From a virus (lineage: Duplodnaviria; Caudoviricetes): a stretch of 53,002 bases of DNA. The notes under the pieces are model-generated. The model had not been told where the DNA came from. It was given only the letters and a program-made list of their open reading frames with translations, and did not search any database. Below are positions 37,160 to 45,645 of this stretch, piece by piece. A program made the translations under genes and the position numbers. Position 1 is the stretch's first letter, and each line of letters begins with the position of its first letter. The stretch spans positions 1 to 53,002 of IMG/VR virus record IMGVR_UViG_3300015024_000006; one strand, 5' to 3'.

Positions 37160-37177
37160 TTTATGCACGTGCATAAA
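37160..37177. promoter_or_regulatory. parS-like 18-bp perfect palindrome
   Basis: TTTATGCACGTGCATAAA immediately upstream of parA, with a CACGTG core. Confidence 0.65.
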
Positions 37178-37218
37178 ATCGGCATGACTGAATAATCACA
37201 CAGAGAGCAGAGGAAAAC

Positions 37219-38100
37219 ATGACCATCATTACCGCATCGGAGAACAAAAAAGGCGGCGTCGGCAGAACCACCACCGCGATTAATTTGGGGACGATCCTTG
37301 CATCCGTGTATGGAGAGCGCGTCTTGCTCATTGACTGGGACGCCGATCGCTGCCTCACAGATGGCCTTGCGGGTGGTGCCTTCGATGCCCATGCCGCCAA
37401 TCGTCTCAATATTCTCGATTGCATGGCTGATAGTAAGAATGGTTTCGATAGCGCCGTCGTACCATTCCCCATCGCACGCTACACAGAGGCAGCACACCAC
37501 ATGGCGACACTGATCGATGTGCCTTGGCAATCGGGAGGCAGTGTCGATATCATCACCGGATCGGAGGATCTGTCCGAGGCACCCGAACGCTTTACCACGA
37601 TCCGCCAGCCTGTCGCCACCTTTGAACAATCGCTTCATTGGATGTTGCGTCAACCCGACGTGACCGATCGGTGGGATCGGGTGATTCTCGACATCGGCCC
37701 TGGCTGGGACATCACGGCGAAAACCGCATTGTTTGCCGCTGATGAGGCAATCATTCCTGTTGAACCTGCTTCACTCTCGATCGAGGCGTTCAAGCGTCAC
37801 AACTTGCGTATCAGCCGAGGCAACACGGAACGGAAACGGGCGGGACTGCCAGGCCAAACCGTCATCAAAGGTGTGTTCGTTTCGCGCATCTCCCTCGCGT
37901 CGCCAGTGCATCAGCATTTTGCTGCTGGTATTCGTCAGATGTTGGCCAGTGGGAATATCCGCTGTTTCGACACGATGATCCCTAACAGTGACGCGATCCT
38001 CGCCGCCATGAGTAACCATACACCGGCATGGGGGCAATACCCCGATGATGAAGGGGCACAAGCGTACGCCTATCTCGCAAAGGAAGTGAAAGCATCATGA
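37219..38100 (+). CDS. parA: ParA/Soj-family ATPase
   Basis: KGGVGRTT, VLLIDWD, VILDIGP, AADEAIIPV. Confidence 0.9.
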   Translation: MTIITASENKKGGVGRTTTAINLGTILASVYGERVLLIDWDADRCLTDGLAGGAFDAHAANRLNILDCMADSKNGFDSAVVPFPIARYTEAAHHMATLIDVPWQSGGSVDIITGSEDLSEAPERFTTIRQPVATFEQSLHWMLRQPDVTDRWDRVILDIGPGWDITAKTALFAADEAIIPVEPASLSIEAFKRHNLRISRGNTERKRAGLPGQTVIKGVFVSRISLASPVHQHFAAGIRQMLASGNIRCFDTMIPNSDAILAAMSNHTPAWGQYPDDEGAQAYAYLAKEVKAS

Positions 38101-39359
38101 CGATCAATCCACATGACGATCTCACACTGACTGATGATCTCTTCAAGCTCGAGGGAGCAAAGCCTGTCATGGGCACTGATATCGTCATGACGACGATGAC
38201 CGGCATCACGGAACGGTCGATGGTGATGGGCGCTGCCGTCACTCCTATTACGCAAGTGAACGGCGTTCCTATCGGCAGAGCGGTCGGAACGTTACTCATG
38301 GTCTATGTGGCGCAATTACGTTTACCAGAGGACACAGTCCGACGTGGCTATGATCCGAATACGGATGAGACGTTCGACACGTTGCGGATCAGCATCGAAC
38401 AAACCGATCGATGTAATCTTGATCCGTTACTCTGTGAAGTAACGGATGAGATGATCGACGTAGAAGGGATCGCCCGTCCGATCGTCCTGGTACGATCAGG
38501 CACCCGTCGCTATCACGTATTGACGCAGATCGGCGCATCAGAAGCACTGATCCGCGTGTTGCCACGTGACGCAGATGCACGAATCGTAACGTTGATCTCC
38601 TTGATCGCCAATGAAATGCGTGAACCATTACCCGTGCTCGATCAGGCCGATATCATCGCCATGATGATTGATGAGTACGGATTGAAGCAGCAGGTCATCG
38701 CGCAACATGCGGGCTACTCGCAATCCAAGGTATCGCGCCTGTGGACGATCAGCAAACAACCCCCACTCATCAAAACATATGTCTCCAATGAAAGCATCGA
38801 CTTTGCCACCGTAGAAGCGCTCAATAAACGGTTCAAAGAGGATGTCCAACAACGCGAATTAGCTGCACGGTATATCGTGCAAGAAGGGGGATCGATCGGC
38901 GTCAATGATCTCGCGAACCAGATCGCCCCCCCACCAGGAATCGCCGTCACAGGACGATTAGAGATGCGTGGCGATCTCGTGCATCTCCTCCCAATGGGAC
39001 TAGCAGCAAGCAAGAATAGCGCATTGCGCTTAGTGAGCGATCGGAAAGATAAACCAGAGGAGCCGATCCACTATTGGAAGCGTGGCGCTCCTATTAAAGC
39101 CGATCCGACGCGCATCTTGAAACAACACCATGCGGTCATCGTGCAAGGCACATTCGAGGCACCGACGATCGGCGTCAAATCCTTGCACATCACCCAACTG
39201 CTGAAGATGATAAAAGGTAGTGAGATGGTCGATATGGCGGCATTGGAGGAGGCGATGCTCAGCGACCTACAAGCCATCCAGGAAGGCATAGATGCGATGC
39301 CACCGCCAGCAGAGACAGAGGATGCAGAGGGGGTGATTGTAGACGCAGTAGCAAACTAG
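38097..39359 (+). CDS. parB: ParB/Spo0J-family protein
   Basis: SGTRR (GxxR), N..RE.L, HTH QQVIAQHAGYSQSKVSR; coupled to parA. Confidence 0.85.
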   Translation: MTINPHDDLTLTDDLFKLEGAKPVMGTDIVMTTMTGITERSMVMGAAVTPITQVNGVPIGRAVGTLLMVYVAQLRLPEDTVRRGYDPNTDETFDTLRISIEQTDRCNLDPLLCEVTDEMIDVEGIARPIVLVRSGTRRYHVLTQIGASEALIRVLPRDADARIVTLISLIANEMREPLPVLDQADIIAMMIDEYGLKQQVIAQHAGYSQSKVSRLWTISKQPPLIKTYVSNESIDFATVEALNKRFKEDVQQRELAARYIVQEGGSIGVNDLANQIAPPPGIAVTGRLEMRGDLVHLLPMGLAASKNSALRLVSDRKDKPEEPIHYWKRGAPIKADPTRILKQHHAVIVQGTFEAPTIGVKSLHITQLLKMIKGSEMVDMAALEEAMLSDLQAIQEGIDAMPPPAETEDAEGVIVDAVAN

Positions 39360-39436
39360 TCAGCATTGATAGAAACAGGCTAGCGATCCTCCCAAAGCCT
39401 CGCTAGCCACATAGCCCGATTGAGGAGCTACACATC

Positions 39437-39745
39437 ATGGTACCACAGCCCTACATCTTTGAATCGCCATTCGCGCTCGTACCCTTCACCTCAGCAGATA
39501 CCGCCGTTACCATCGTACCAGAGCCGTCGCCCGCCATTGACATGACCAGCTTCACTCGCGCCGATCTCTGGTTGCTCTATCCGCATGCGGGACCGTTCCC
39601 TCTCGACAATCTCACCCTGTTGCAATATGATTGTCTTGATTACTGCATCACCGCATTTGGTTGGTTCACGATTACCAATGGGGTTGTCAACCCTACCGCT
39701 GCCTATCGTGCTGATTGTCTAGCACAAGCGGCAGCCCTCCACTAG
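39437..39745 (+). CDS. Hypothetical protein
   Basis: GAGGAG RBS. Confidence 0.6.
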   Translation: MVPQPYIFESPFALVPFTSADTAVTIVPEPSPAIDMTSFTRADLWLLYPHAGPFPLDNLTLLQYDCLDYCITAFGWFTITNGVVNPTAAYRADCLAQAAALH

Positions 39746-39758
39746 GAAGTGAGACACA

Positions 39759-39959
39759 ATGGAAGACATCATCACCGATCCGATCGAAGTTGCCAAGACA
39801 CTTGAAAACATTCCGACGATCACGCCCGATCGGATGCACTGTCCGATCTGCTTTAGCCCGATGATTCCGATCTCATCACAACTGTATTACTGTGACTACT
39901 GCAATTCAGTTGGCAAAGTTACAGGCCACACGAAAGAAGGGAAGATGTTATGGGGCTGA
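39759..39959 (+). CDS. Small zinc-ribbon protein
   Basis: CPIC..CDYC. Confidence 0.55.
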   Translation: MEDIITDPIEVAKTLENIPTITPDRMHCPICFSPMIPISSQLYYCDYCNSVGKVTGHTKEGKMLWG

Positions 39960-40034
39960 TCACGGATACTGCGATCATGGTCGCACGACAGCTAGCACCG
40001 ATCATCACGCCATAGAGTCTGGCAGTAATCCATG

Positions 40035-40066
40035 AGCGGTAGATCATCACGGTCTACCGCTTTTTT
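40035..40066. terminator. Intrinsic terminator at the convergence of the par and late operons
   Basis: AGCGGTAGA/TCTACCGCT stem followed by a T tract. Confidence 0.8.
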
Positions 40067-40070
40067 GTGC

Positions 40071-40361
40071 TCAGAATTGCGACGGCTTGACGAAAAAACT
40101 GCCCTCGGTCGCGGCGATAAACGCGCCCGTCGTCTCGAAACGGTAGTAGTAATAGCCCTGCTGTGCTGCCAGGATATCGACATAGTATTTACCAGTGGCA
40201 CTCTGTATCAAGGCAGCATCCACGCCATACACCAGCGATGTCGCCACGCCGCTCTGATTGCGGTATCGACACGTGACGGCGCTCACAGCGATGTCTACGG
40301 TGCCATTCGTGAACTCAGCAGAGATCCGTACGAGGGATGTTTTGTCATAGCTGTTGGTCAT
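40071..40361 (-). CDS. Small Ig/BppU-like structural protein
   Basis: Beta-rich, G.YY.D......G.Y.YRF pattern; last late gene. Confidence 0.55.
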   Translation of the reverse strand: MTNSYDKTSLVRISAEFTNGTVDIAVSAVTCRYRNQSGVATSLVYGVDAALIQSATGKYYVDILAAQQGYYYYRFETTGAFIAATEGSFFVKPSQF

Positions 40362-42205
40362 GCAATTGCTCCTAAGCTATCTAATATGGTCATCACGACT
40401 GCCGCGCTATCGGAGAGTAGGCAGATCGCGTTCGTTGGTGCATCGGAGATCAGGCACATCACCGCATTGGTAGGCGCATCGCTCACGATACACACGATCG
40501 GCTGTGTCATTGCCGATAGGGGCAGTGTTGCGGGTATGGCTCTGCGCTGAATCGTGAGCAAAGGAACAGCAGCGGGGATCGTGCGTGTGGGCGTCGTCAG
40601 AAAAGAGAGCGGCATCGCGGCTGCCACGATGCGCATGTTTGTGGACTGCACCGGCAGTACCGCGCCGATCGTGCGTGTTGCTATCGCCAGTACAGGCAGT
40701 GATGCACCAACCACGCGGCTATTCGTCGCCATAATGGGCAATGCGGCTGGAACGATGCGTGCTGCCGTGCCAAGCATCGGCAGTGCTGCTGGTACCGATC
40801 GCTGCCGCATTGACTGCAATGGGACAGCGGCAGGAACGGTGCGTGTTGCTGTTGTCAATATAGGCATTGATGCTGGTACATTGCGCGTCGCGGTCGCAAA
40901 GAGCGGCAGAGCGGCAGGGACAGCACGGCTTGACGTGGCCAAGAGCGGCATCGCTGAAGGAATGGACCGCGTGAGTGATCCCGCCAGAGCGAGCGGCATC
41001 GCAGCGGACAGCACACGGCTATTCGTCGCAACTACGGGCATCGATGCTGGTACATTCCGCATTGCGGTCGCTAACAGCGGCAGAACAGCGGGGATAGTGC
41101 GGCTAGTGGTTAGCAAGAGCGGCAGAGCAGCCGCTAGCGATCGCGTGGATGTCGCCAGTACAGGCATGCTAGCAGGTATTGATCGCGTGGAGGTTTTCAA
41201 GAGCGGCATCGCTGCGCCGATGCTTCGGCTATTCGTGCTGAGTAGGGGCAGAGCAGCAGGGATAGATCGCGTACTAGTAATGAGTAGTGGCACTGATGCT
41301 GGTATAGATCGCGTATTCGTTGCGAGTAGTGGCACTGTCCCTGGAACGTTGCGCGTCAAAGTACTCAGTAGCGGGGAGCTCGCAGGGACAGATCGCGTGG
41401 CGGTACTGAGCATCGGCATCGATGCTGGTATATTGCGCGTGGTAGTTGCGAGTAGCGGGAAACTAGCAGGAATAGATCGCGTGGTGGTTTTCAGCAGCGG
41501 CATTGATGCTACTATGTTACGTGTAGAGGTAGCTAAGATCGGCAGCGCCGCTAGGACATTGCGAATAGAGGTAGCCAACAGCGGCAGAGATGCAGGTATT
41601 ATTCTGTTAGGAGCATAGCCAGGCGTGACCACCTGCGAGGTATTGCTACCAGTGGTGACGCCCGATCCTTCGTTCCACACCATTGTCGCCGCGCCGCTCG
41701 CAGAGCCATTGGTCGTGATGTTGAGCCAGATATCGATGTAGAGCTTATCGCCTGTGACGAAATTGGCTGATGACAGACTGACCGCAGTAGCCGTATACGT
41801 GGCACTGACCGTGGTAAACGCCTGCGCAGCGAGATTGTTACTCCCAATGAGCGTATAGACACCAGCATTATATTTATAAAAGCGCGTGATGATATCGGCG
41901 GTCGCGGTGCCGACGCTGATATGCCCTCGCTGGGTGCTCTGCCAGTTGCCAGCGATGATCTGCTGCCCTTCCATCGCAGTCACATCGTAGAGCCACCCAT
42001 GCCCCGAGGGAGCACCCAAACTGCCAGCACCCGCCCATGCGGTAGCCGTCCCAGGGGCATAGATTTCGCCGTAGCCCGTGGATGTGCCAACCAGTATCGT
42101 CTTATTGGTGCTAGTGCCAGCACCCGCGACGATGATCTGATTCGCCGTGGCTATGGTGGTTGCTGCCGTATTAGTGAGGTACGCGGTCAGTGCAATTGCG
42201 GTCAT
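40358..42205 (-). CDS. Putative virion fibre/ruler protein with 26 x 14-aa repeats
   Basis: N-terminal domain paralogous to 45646..48564; repeats R-[S/N/T]-[I/V]-P-A-[A/S]-[L/M/V]-P-L-L-x-T-x-x. Confidence 0.8.
   Translation of the reverse strand: MTAIALTAYLTNTAATTIATANQIIVAGAGTSTNKTILVGTSTGYGEIYAPGTATAWAGAGSLGAPSGHGWLYDVTAMEGQQIIAGNWQSTQRGHISVGTATADIITRFYKYNAGVYTLIGSNNLAAQAFTTVSATYTATAVSLSSANFVTGDKLYIDIWLNITTNGSASGAATMVWNEGSGVTTGSNTSQVVTPGYAPNRIIPASLPLLATSIRNVLAALPILATSTRNIVASMPLLKTTTRSIPASFPLLATTTRNIPASMPMLSTATRSVPASSPLLSTLTRNVPGTVPLLATNTRSIPASVPLLITSTRSIPAALPLLSTNSRSIGAAMPLLKTSTRSIPASMPVLATSTRSLAAALPLLLTTSRTIPAVLPLLATAMRNVPASMPVVATNSRVLSAAMPLALAGSLTRSIPSAMPLLATSSRAVPAALPLFATATRNVPASMPILTTATRTVPAAVPLQSMRQRSVPAALPMLGTAARIVPAALPIMATNSRVVGASLPVLAIATRTIGAVLPVQSTNMRIVAAAMPLSFLTTPTRTIPAAVPLLTIQRRAIPATLPLSAMTQPIVCIVSDAPTNAVMCLISDAPTNAICLLSDSAAVVMTILDSLGAIA
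40502..41605 (-). repeat. Degenerate 42-bp coding tandem repeat, 26 units
   Basis: 368 codons = 24 x 14 aa + 2 x 16 aa, counted from the translation. Confidence 0.9.
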
Positions 42206-42207
42206 GC

Positions 42208-42642
42208 TTACACCGCCTGATAATCATTCGTGATGGTGCTCGATCCATCCTCAGCGATGAAATGATAGACCGCCATATTATGCCCGTGCACGGTCTCTTG
42301 ATAGCCGATGCAGTGAATGGTGCTGTATTTTCGTTCGTCGTCGCTCATGAGCGCGATCGAGCGTCGCCGAAAGAAGATCGGCCTCGCATGGACGGGTAAT
42401 AGCACCGTATGCACGGGCAGGCATGGCAGATAAAACTCGACCGTGGTGCTCTCAGCGGACACAGCGACGGGCATCGTGGCATAGGCAATTGGCCCCACGT
42501 TGCTTGACGGGACAAGTTGCAGTACCCGCGATCGACTCAGATCAACATCGGCGAAACCATGACCATCGGGAGCAGCATCGTCAAATTCAGCGATGCTGCT
42601 GCCATCGTCATACGTCACACGCCATGTATAGATATCTAGCAT
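42208..42642 (-). CDS. Hypothetical protein in fibre module 2
   Basis: W...Y.DG..I.EFD...PIFFRRR...IGYQ; start 42642 or 42666. Confidence 0.7.
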   Translation of the reverse strand: MLDIYTWRVTYDDGSSIAEFDDAAPDGHGFADVDLSRSRVLQLVPSSNVGPIAYATMPVAVSAESTTVEFYLPCLPVHTVLLPVHARPIFFRRRSIALMSDDERKYSTIHCIGYQETVHGHNMAVYHFIAEDGSSTITNDYQAV

Positions 42643-42689
42643 CGGGTGGTATCCCTTCTCTCGCATGGTATTGCGTTCTCAGTCAGCGA

Positions 42690-43208
42690 TCACGCCTCGT
42701 CGTAGGTCAAAACCACATTCGGTAATGCAGCGACACCAGCGCCGATGATGAACGTATTATCGACGGCTGCCACGATAACCGCCATCATGCCGTTTGGTCC
42801 GGTGCCTGATGTAGCGACGGACGTATTATCGTACTGCGCAGCGGTCGTGCTCATCAATGTATACCCCGCTGGCACCGCGCCATTGCTGCCCGATGCTGCC
42901 GGAAGGTTGCCCACTGCTGCCTGTGCATAGCTGCCGACTGCTAGCGCCTTCCAGTGCAAGAAGAGCCCTGTCGATGCTGCCGATGCGAGGGAGACGCGCC
43001 TATTGGTGATAGCCGTCGTGCCAGCAACCGTGACGCTCAACACGATGTTCTTGATCCATGTGTACGCGGTACCTGTCGCGGTAGGGATCGGTGTCGTGCT
43101 CAATCCGCCGATCGTATCTTCGCGATTCCACTTCACGCCGCCTTCGGCGTTGACCCAGGTCGCGGTACTACCCGTTGCGAGTTGTGCTTGCGAAGTAGCT
43201 GCTGCCAT
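42690..43208 (-). CDS. Small beta-rich structural subunit (paralog of 48577..49101)
   Basis: Shared NREDT, WIK, NRR, WKAL.V.SYAQAA, SGSNGA.PAGYT, YDNTSV, terminal YDEA. Confidence 0.85.
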   Translation of the reverse strand: MAAATSQAQLATGSTATWVNAEGGVKWNREDTIGGLSTTPIPTATGTAYTWIKNIVLSVTVAGTTAITNRRVSLASAASTGLFLHWKALAVGSYAQAAVGNLPAASGSNGAVPAGYTLMSTTAAQYDNTSVATSGTGPNGMMAVIVAAVDNTFIIGAGVAALPNVVLTYDEA

Positions 43209-43231
43209 TACAATGTTCCTGCTTTCCTTTT

Positions 43232-43636
43232 TTAGAGCGCGTTCGTGGGGACCGTTTGTGTATCACGCAAAAACTGATCGGCCATCGGGACCGGTCCTGT
43301 ACCAGAAAGGCCGGATCGGGGTAACGCATCGACCGCCGCCTCGATAAACATGCTGAGAATGGACGGTGCCACGTTGAAACCGTGCGCTTTCAGAATCGTC
43401 TCTGCCGCGTTGACTGCCGCCTCTTTGCGTTGTGACAGTCCGACCGTGGGCGCGTTGCCCAGGCTTGATTGTTCCACGCCGTGTACGACGGTGGAGACGA
43501 TCGCTTGAATCATCGCGTACTTGCGGACGGGCAAGTGTGCTTCGAACTGCTTGTACAGCGTGGCGACGATCCCACTAGAAATAACCAGGGAAATAATTGT
43601 CGCAATGACCTGTGCCCATGCGTTTTGTTGGATCAT
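43232..43636 (-). CDS. Holin, LL-H-like
   Basis: One N-terminal TM, V..VEQ, K..A, IEAAV. Confidence 0.75.
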   Translation of the reverse strand: MIQQNAWAQVIATIISLVISSGIVATLYKQFEAHLPVRKYAMIQAIVSTVVHGVEQSSLGNAPTVGLSQRKEAAVNAAETILKAHGFNVAPSILSMFIEAAVDALPRSGLSGTGPVPMADQFLRDTQTVPTNAL

Positions 43637-43647
43637 AATAGCCTCCT

Positions 43648-44631
43648 CTATCGCGCCGCCTGTAATGCCGCTAGCGCGTCTAAATAGTGGACAATGACAT
43701 CATGTGACTTCGTATCGACCGGCACCGCCTGTAATGCCGCTAACGCCGCTCTAGCCTCATTCATTTGGACCTCGGCTTTCATCCATTCGTCGGTCGTGTC
43801 CCCTTCCCACAATTTCGCCATGTTGACCGAATAATAGAGGACATGACCATGGAGAAAACGTTGACGAGTGATGGTATCACCCGACCATTGAAAAACATGC
43901 TCCAATTCCGCGGGAATCACCGACGCATCCCATGTTGACGAAAGGATATGCTGTGCGAAACCAAGTATCACGACATCGGTCGTGCCTGGGGCGTGCAATT
44001 GCGTACCGTCCCACTGCCACCCGTCGGGTACATGATTCGTCGATGGCACGGGCACCGGATCGGGTGGCACAGGTACGGGCACGGCAGCCATGTTGAGGAT
44101 CAAAATTCCACATGGTATCGCCGCCGCTAACGTGTCCCAGGTATAGATCTGGTTGTGATCGTTGGCTTGCGGGTTGTCACCATCAGCGCAAATGTAGCCG
44201 CGTGGCTCTTTATCAAGGATGGCGATCGCGTGGTAGTGCAACCCTTGCTCATCCGCCGCGCCCGTCACTGCATCGCGTAATGCTTGACCATTAGCAACCT
44301 GCAACACAATTGGGCGCACACCCGCATTGTGTTGCAAGACGGTACGCACGTCGATCGGAAGCGGCTCCTGATAGTCGTGCTCGTATTCGATCGCCGCGCC
44401 TTGCACCTCGGCAGCACGGGCTAATCCCCACAGCGTCGCCGCGCCATTTGCCGCCGCCCAACCGCGTGATTGCATGTCGTGCGTGATGTCATTCATTAGT
44501 GCTTGGATCGCCGCCGTGGAGACATCTCCACGCCGTGCGGCTTGCACCGTTTGCGCGAGGCTCACTTGTCCACAGGTGCCATGCCACCCGTACGCGAATT
44601 CGGACGCATGCCCATACGCATAATTCCCCAT
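43648..44631 (-). CDS. Putative endolysin (C39/papain-like Cys peptidase, PV linker, cell-wall-binding-like domain)
   Basis: TCG...H.IAI...DGDNP Cys-His-Asp arrangement, QRF..G motif, adjacent holin. Confidence 0.65.
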   Translation of the reverse strand: MGNYAYGHASEFAYGWHGTCGQVSLAQTVQAARRGDVSTAAIQALMNDITHDMQSRGWAAANGAATLWGLARAAEVQGAAIEYEHDYQEPLPIDVRTVLQHNAGVRPIVLQVANGQALRDAVTGAADEQGLHYHAIAILDKEPRGYICADGDNPQANDHNQIYTWDTLAAAIPCGILILNMAAVPVPVPPDPVPVPSTNHVPDGWQWDGTQLHAPGTTDVVILGFAQHILSSTWDASVIPAELEHVFQWSGDTITRQRFLHGHVLYYSVNMAKLWEGDTTDEWMKAEVQMNEARAALAALQAVPVDTKSHDVIVHYLDALAALQAAR

Positions 44632-44643
44632 GATGTCTAGCCC

Positions 44644-45162
44644 TCACTTATTGGTGATTTCAGTGATATCAGTAACGGTGTGTCTTCGTCGTGGTCCGAT
44701 CTCTTTCTGCCGCAATACTGCCATTTGTTCAAACAAAATGTTGATTTGAACGCGGAGCGTCGCAACCTCGGCAGCGTTTTGTAGACGCATGGTGCCAATT
44801 TCCGCGCGTACCACCGTGACCTCTTTTTGTGCCGTGAGCAATTGCTCAGAAAGATGAGCAATAGTGGTATCCCGTTGTTTAAGCTGCTCTTCAAGATAGC
44901 TGGTCCGATCCGCGCCTTGTTGCACTTTGACGGTCAATCGCTCCACTTCTTGATCTTTCACTTTGGCGTAACTCATGGCGTCATTCGTGATGCGTGATTG
45001 CTTTTCGCTGTCGTCGTTGCGCGAGGCAATCATGTTGGCTTCGTGTTGCGGAATAATCTGAAATCGTGTTACCGCTACGGAGAAGAATCCGCCGATCACC
45101 GCCGCGCTAATGACGCCGATGAATGCGATGATCGGCGTCAAGGCAATATCCAATACCACCAT
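44644..45162 (-). CDS. Membrane-anchored coiled-coil protein (lysis cassette)
   Basis: N-terminal TM plus long coil; TAATG coupling. Confidence 0.65.
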   Translation of the reverse strand: MVVLDIALTPIIAFIGVISAAVIGGFFSVAVTRFQIIPQHEANMIASRNDDSEKQSRITNDAMSYAKVKDQEVERLTVKVQQGADRTSYLEEQLKQRDTTIAHLSEQLLTAQKEVTVVRAEIGTMRLQNAAEVATLRVQINILFEQMAVLRQKEIGPRRRHTVTDITEITNK

Positions 45163-45623
45163 TACGGCTCCTTCGCAGGCACATGCAACCAACCACGAAT
45201 AATGGTAGTAAATCGTGGAATCATCAGCTTTTCTTTTCCTGGGTACATACGCGAATACACGTATATGGCCAGGAAATGACAGAGAAGAAATACCAGCCAG
45301 ACGAGCGACGCAGTAAAATCGATCCCTGTGGCAAACACGATGATCGTCCGTATCGTGAGGTATGCCGCCGCCAGAGCGATCATCCCTGCCATTGCGATAT
45401 CGCGCAACAGCAACAGATCGGGGCGTGTCAATGATTGAAAAATCAGCACAGCGCTACTGACGAATAACCATCCCCACACATTCGGACTTGCCAGCACACC
45501 GCCTATCGCGACGACGGTGAAACGACGTGCGAAAAGCAGAAAGTTTAGCCCATACCCGCCATAGAGCAATGTGACTACAGCGAGGTAAGCGCGGTAGACT
45601 TTAGTGAGATCTTCTTTATCCAT
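45162..45623 (-). CDS. Four-TM membrane protein (lysis cassette)
   Basis: Four hydrophobic segments. Confidence 0.7.
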   Translation of the reverse strand: MDKEDLTKVYRAYLAVVTLLYGGYGLNFLLFARRFTVVAIGGVLASPNVWGWLFVSSAVLIFQSLTRPDLLLLRDIAMAGMIALAAAYLTIRTIIVFATGIDFTASLVWLVFLLCHFLAIYVYSRMYPGKEKLMIPRFTTIIRGWLHVPAKEP

Positions 45624-45645
45624 GTCCCGTGTCCTTCGTTATTTT

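Noticed and set aside
40554-41618. 354-aa plus-strand repetitive ORF; repeats as a CRISPR array
   Set aside because: It is the mirror of the coding repeat. Units are contiguous and degenerate, with no spacers and no cas genes.
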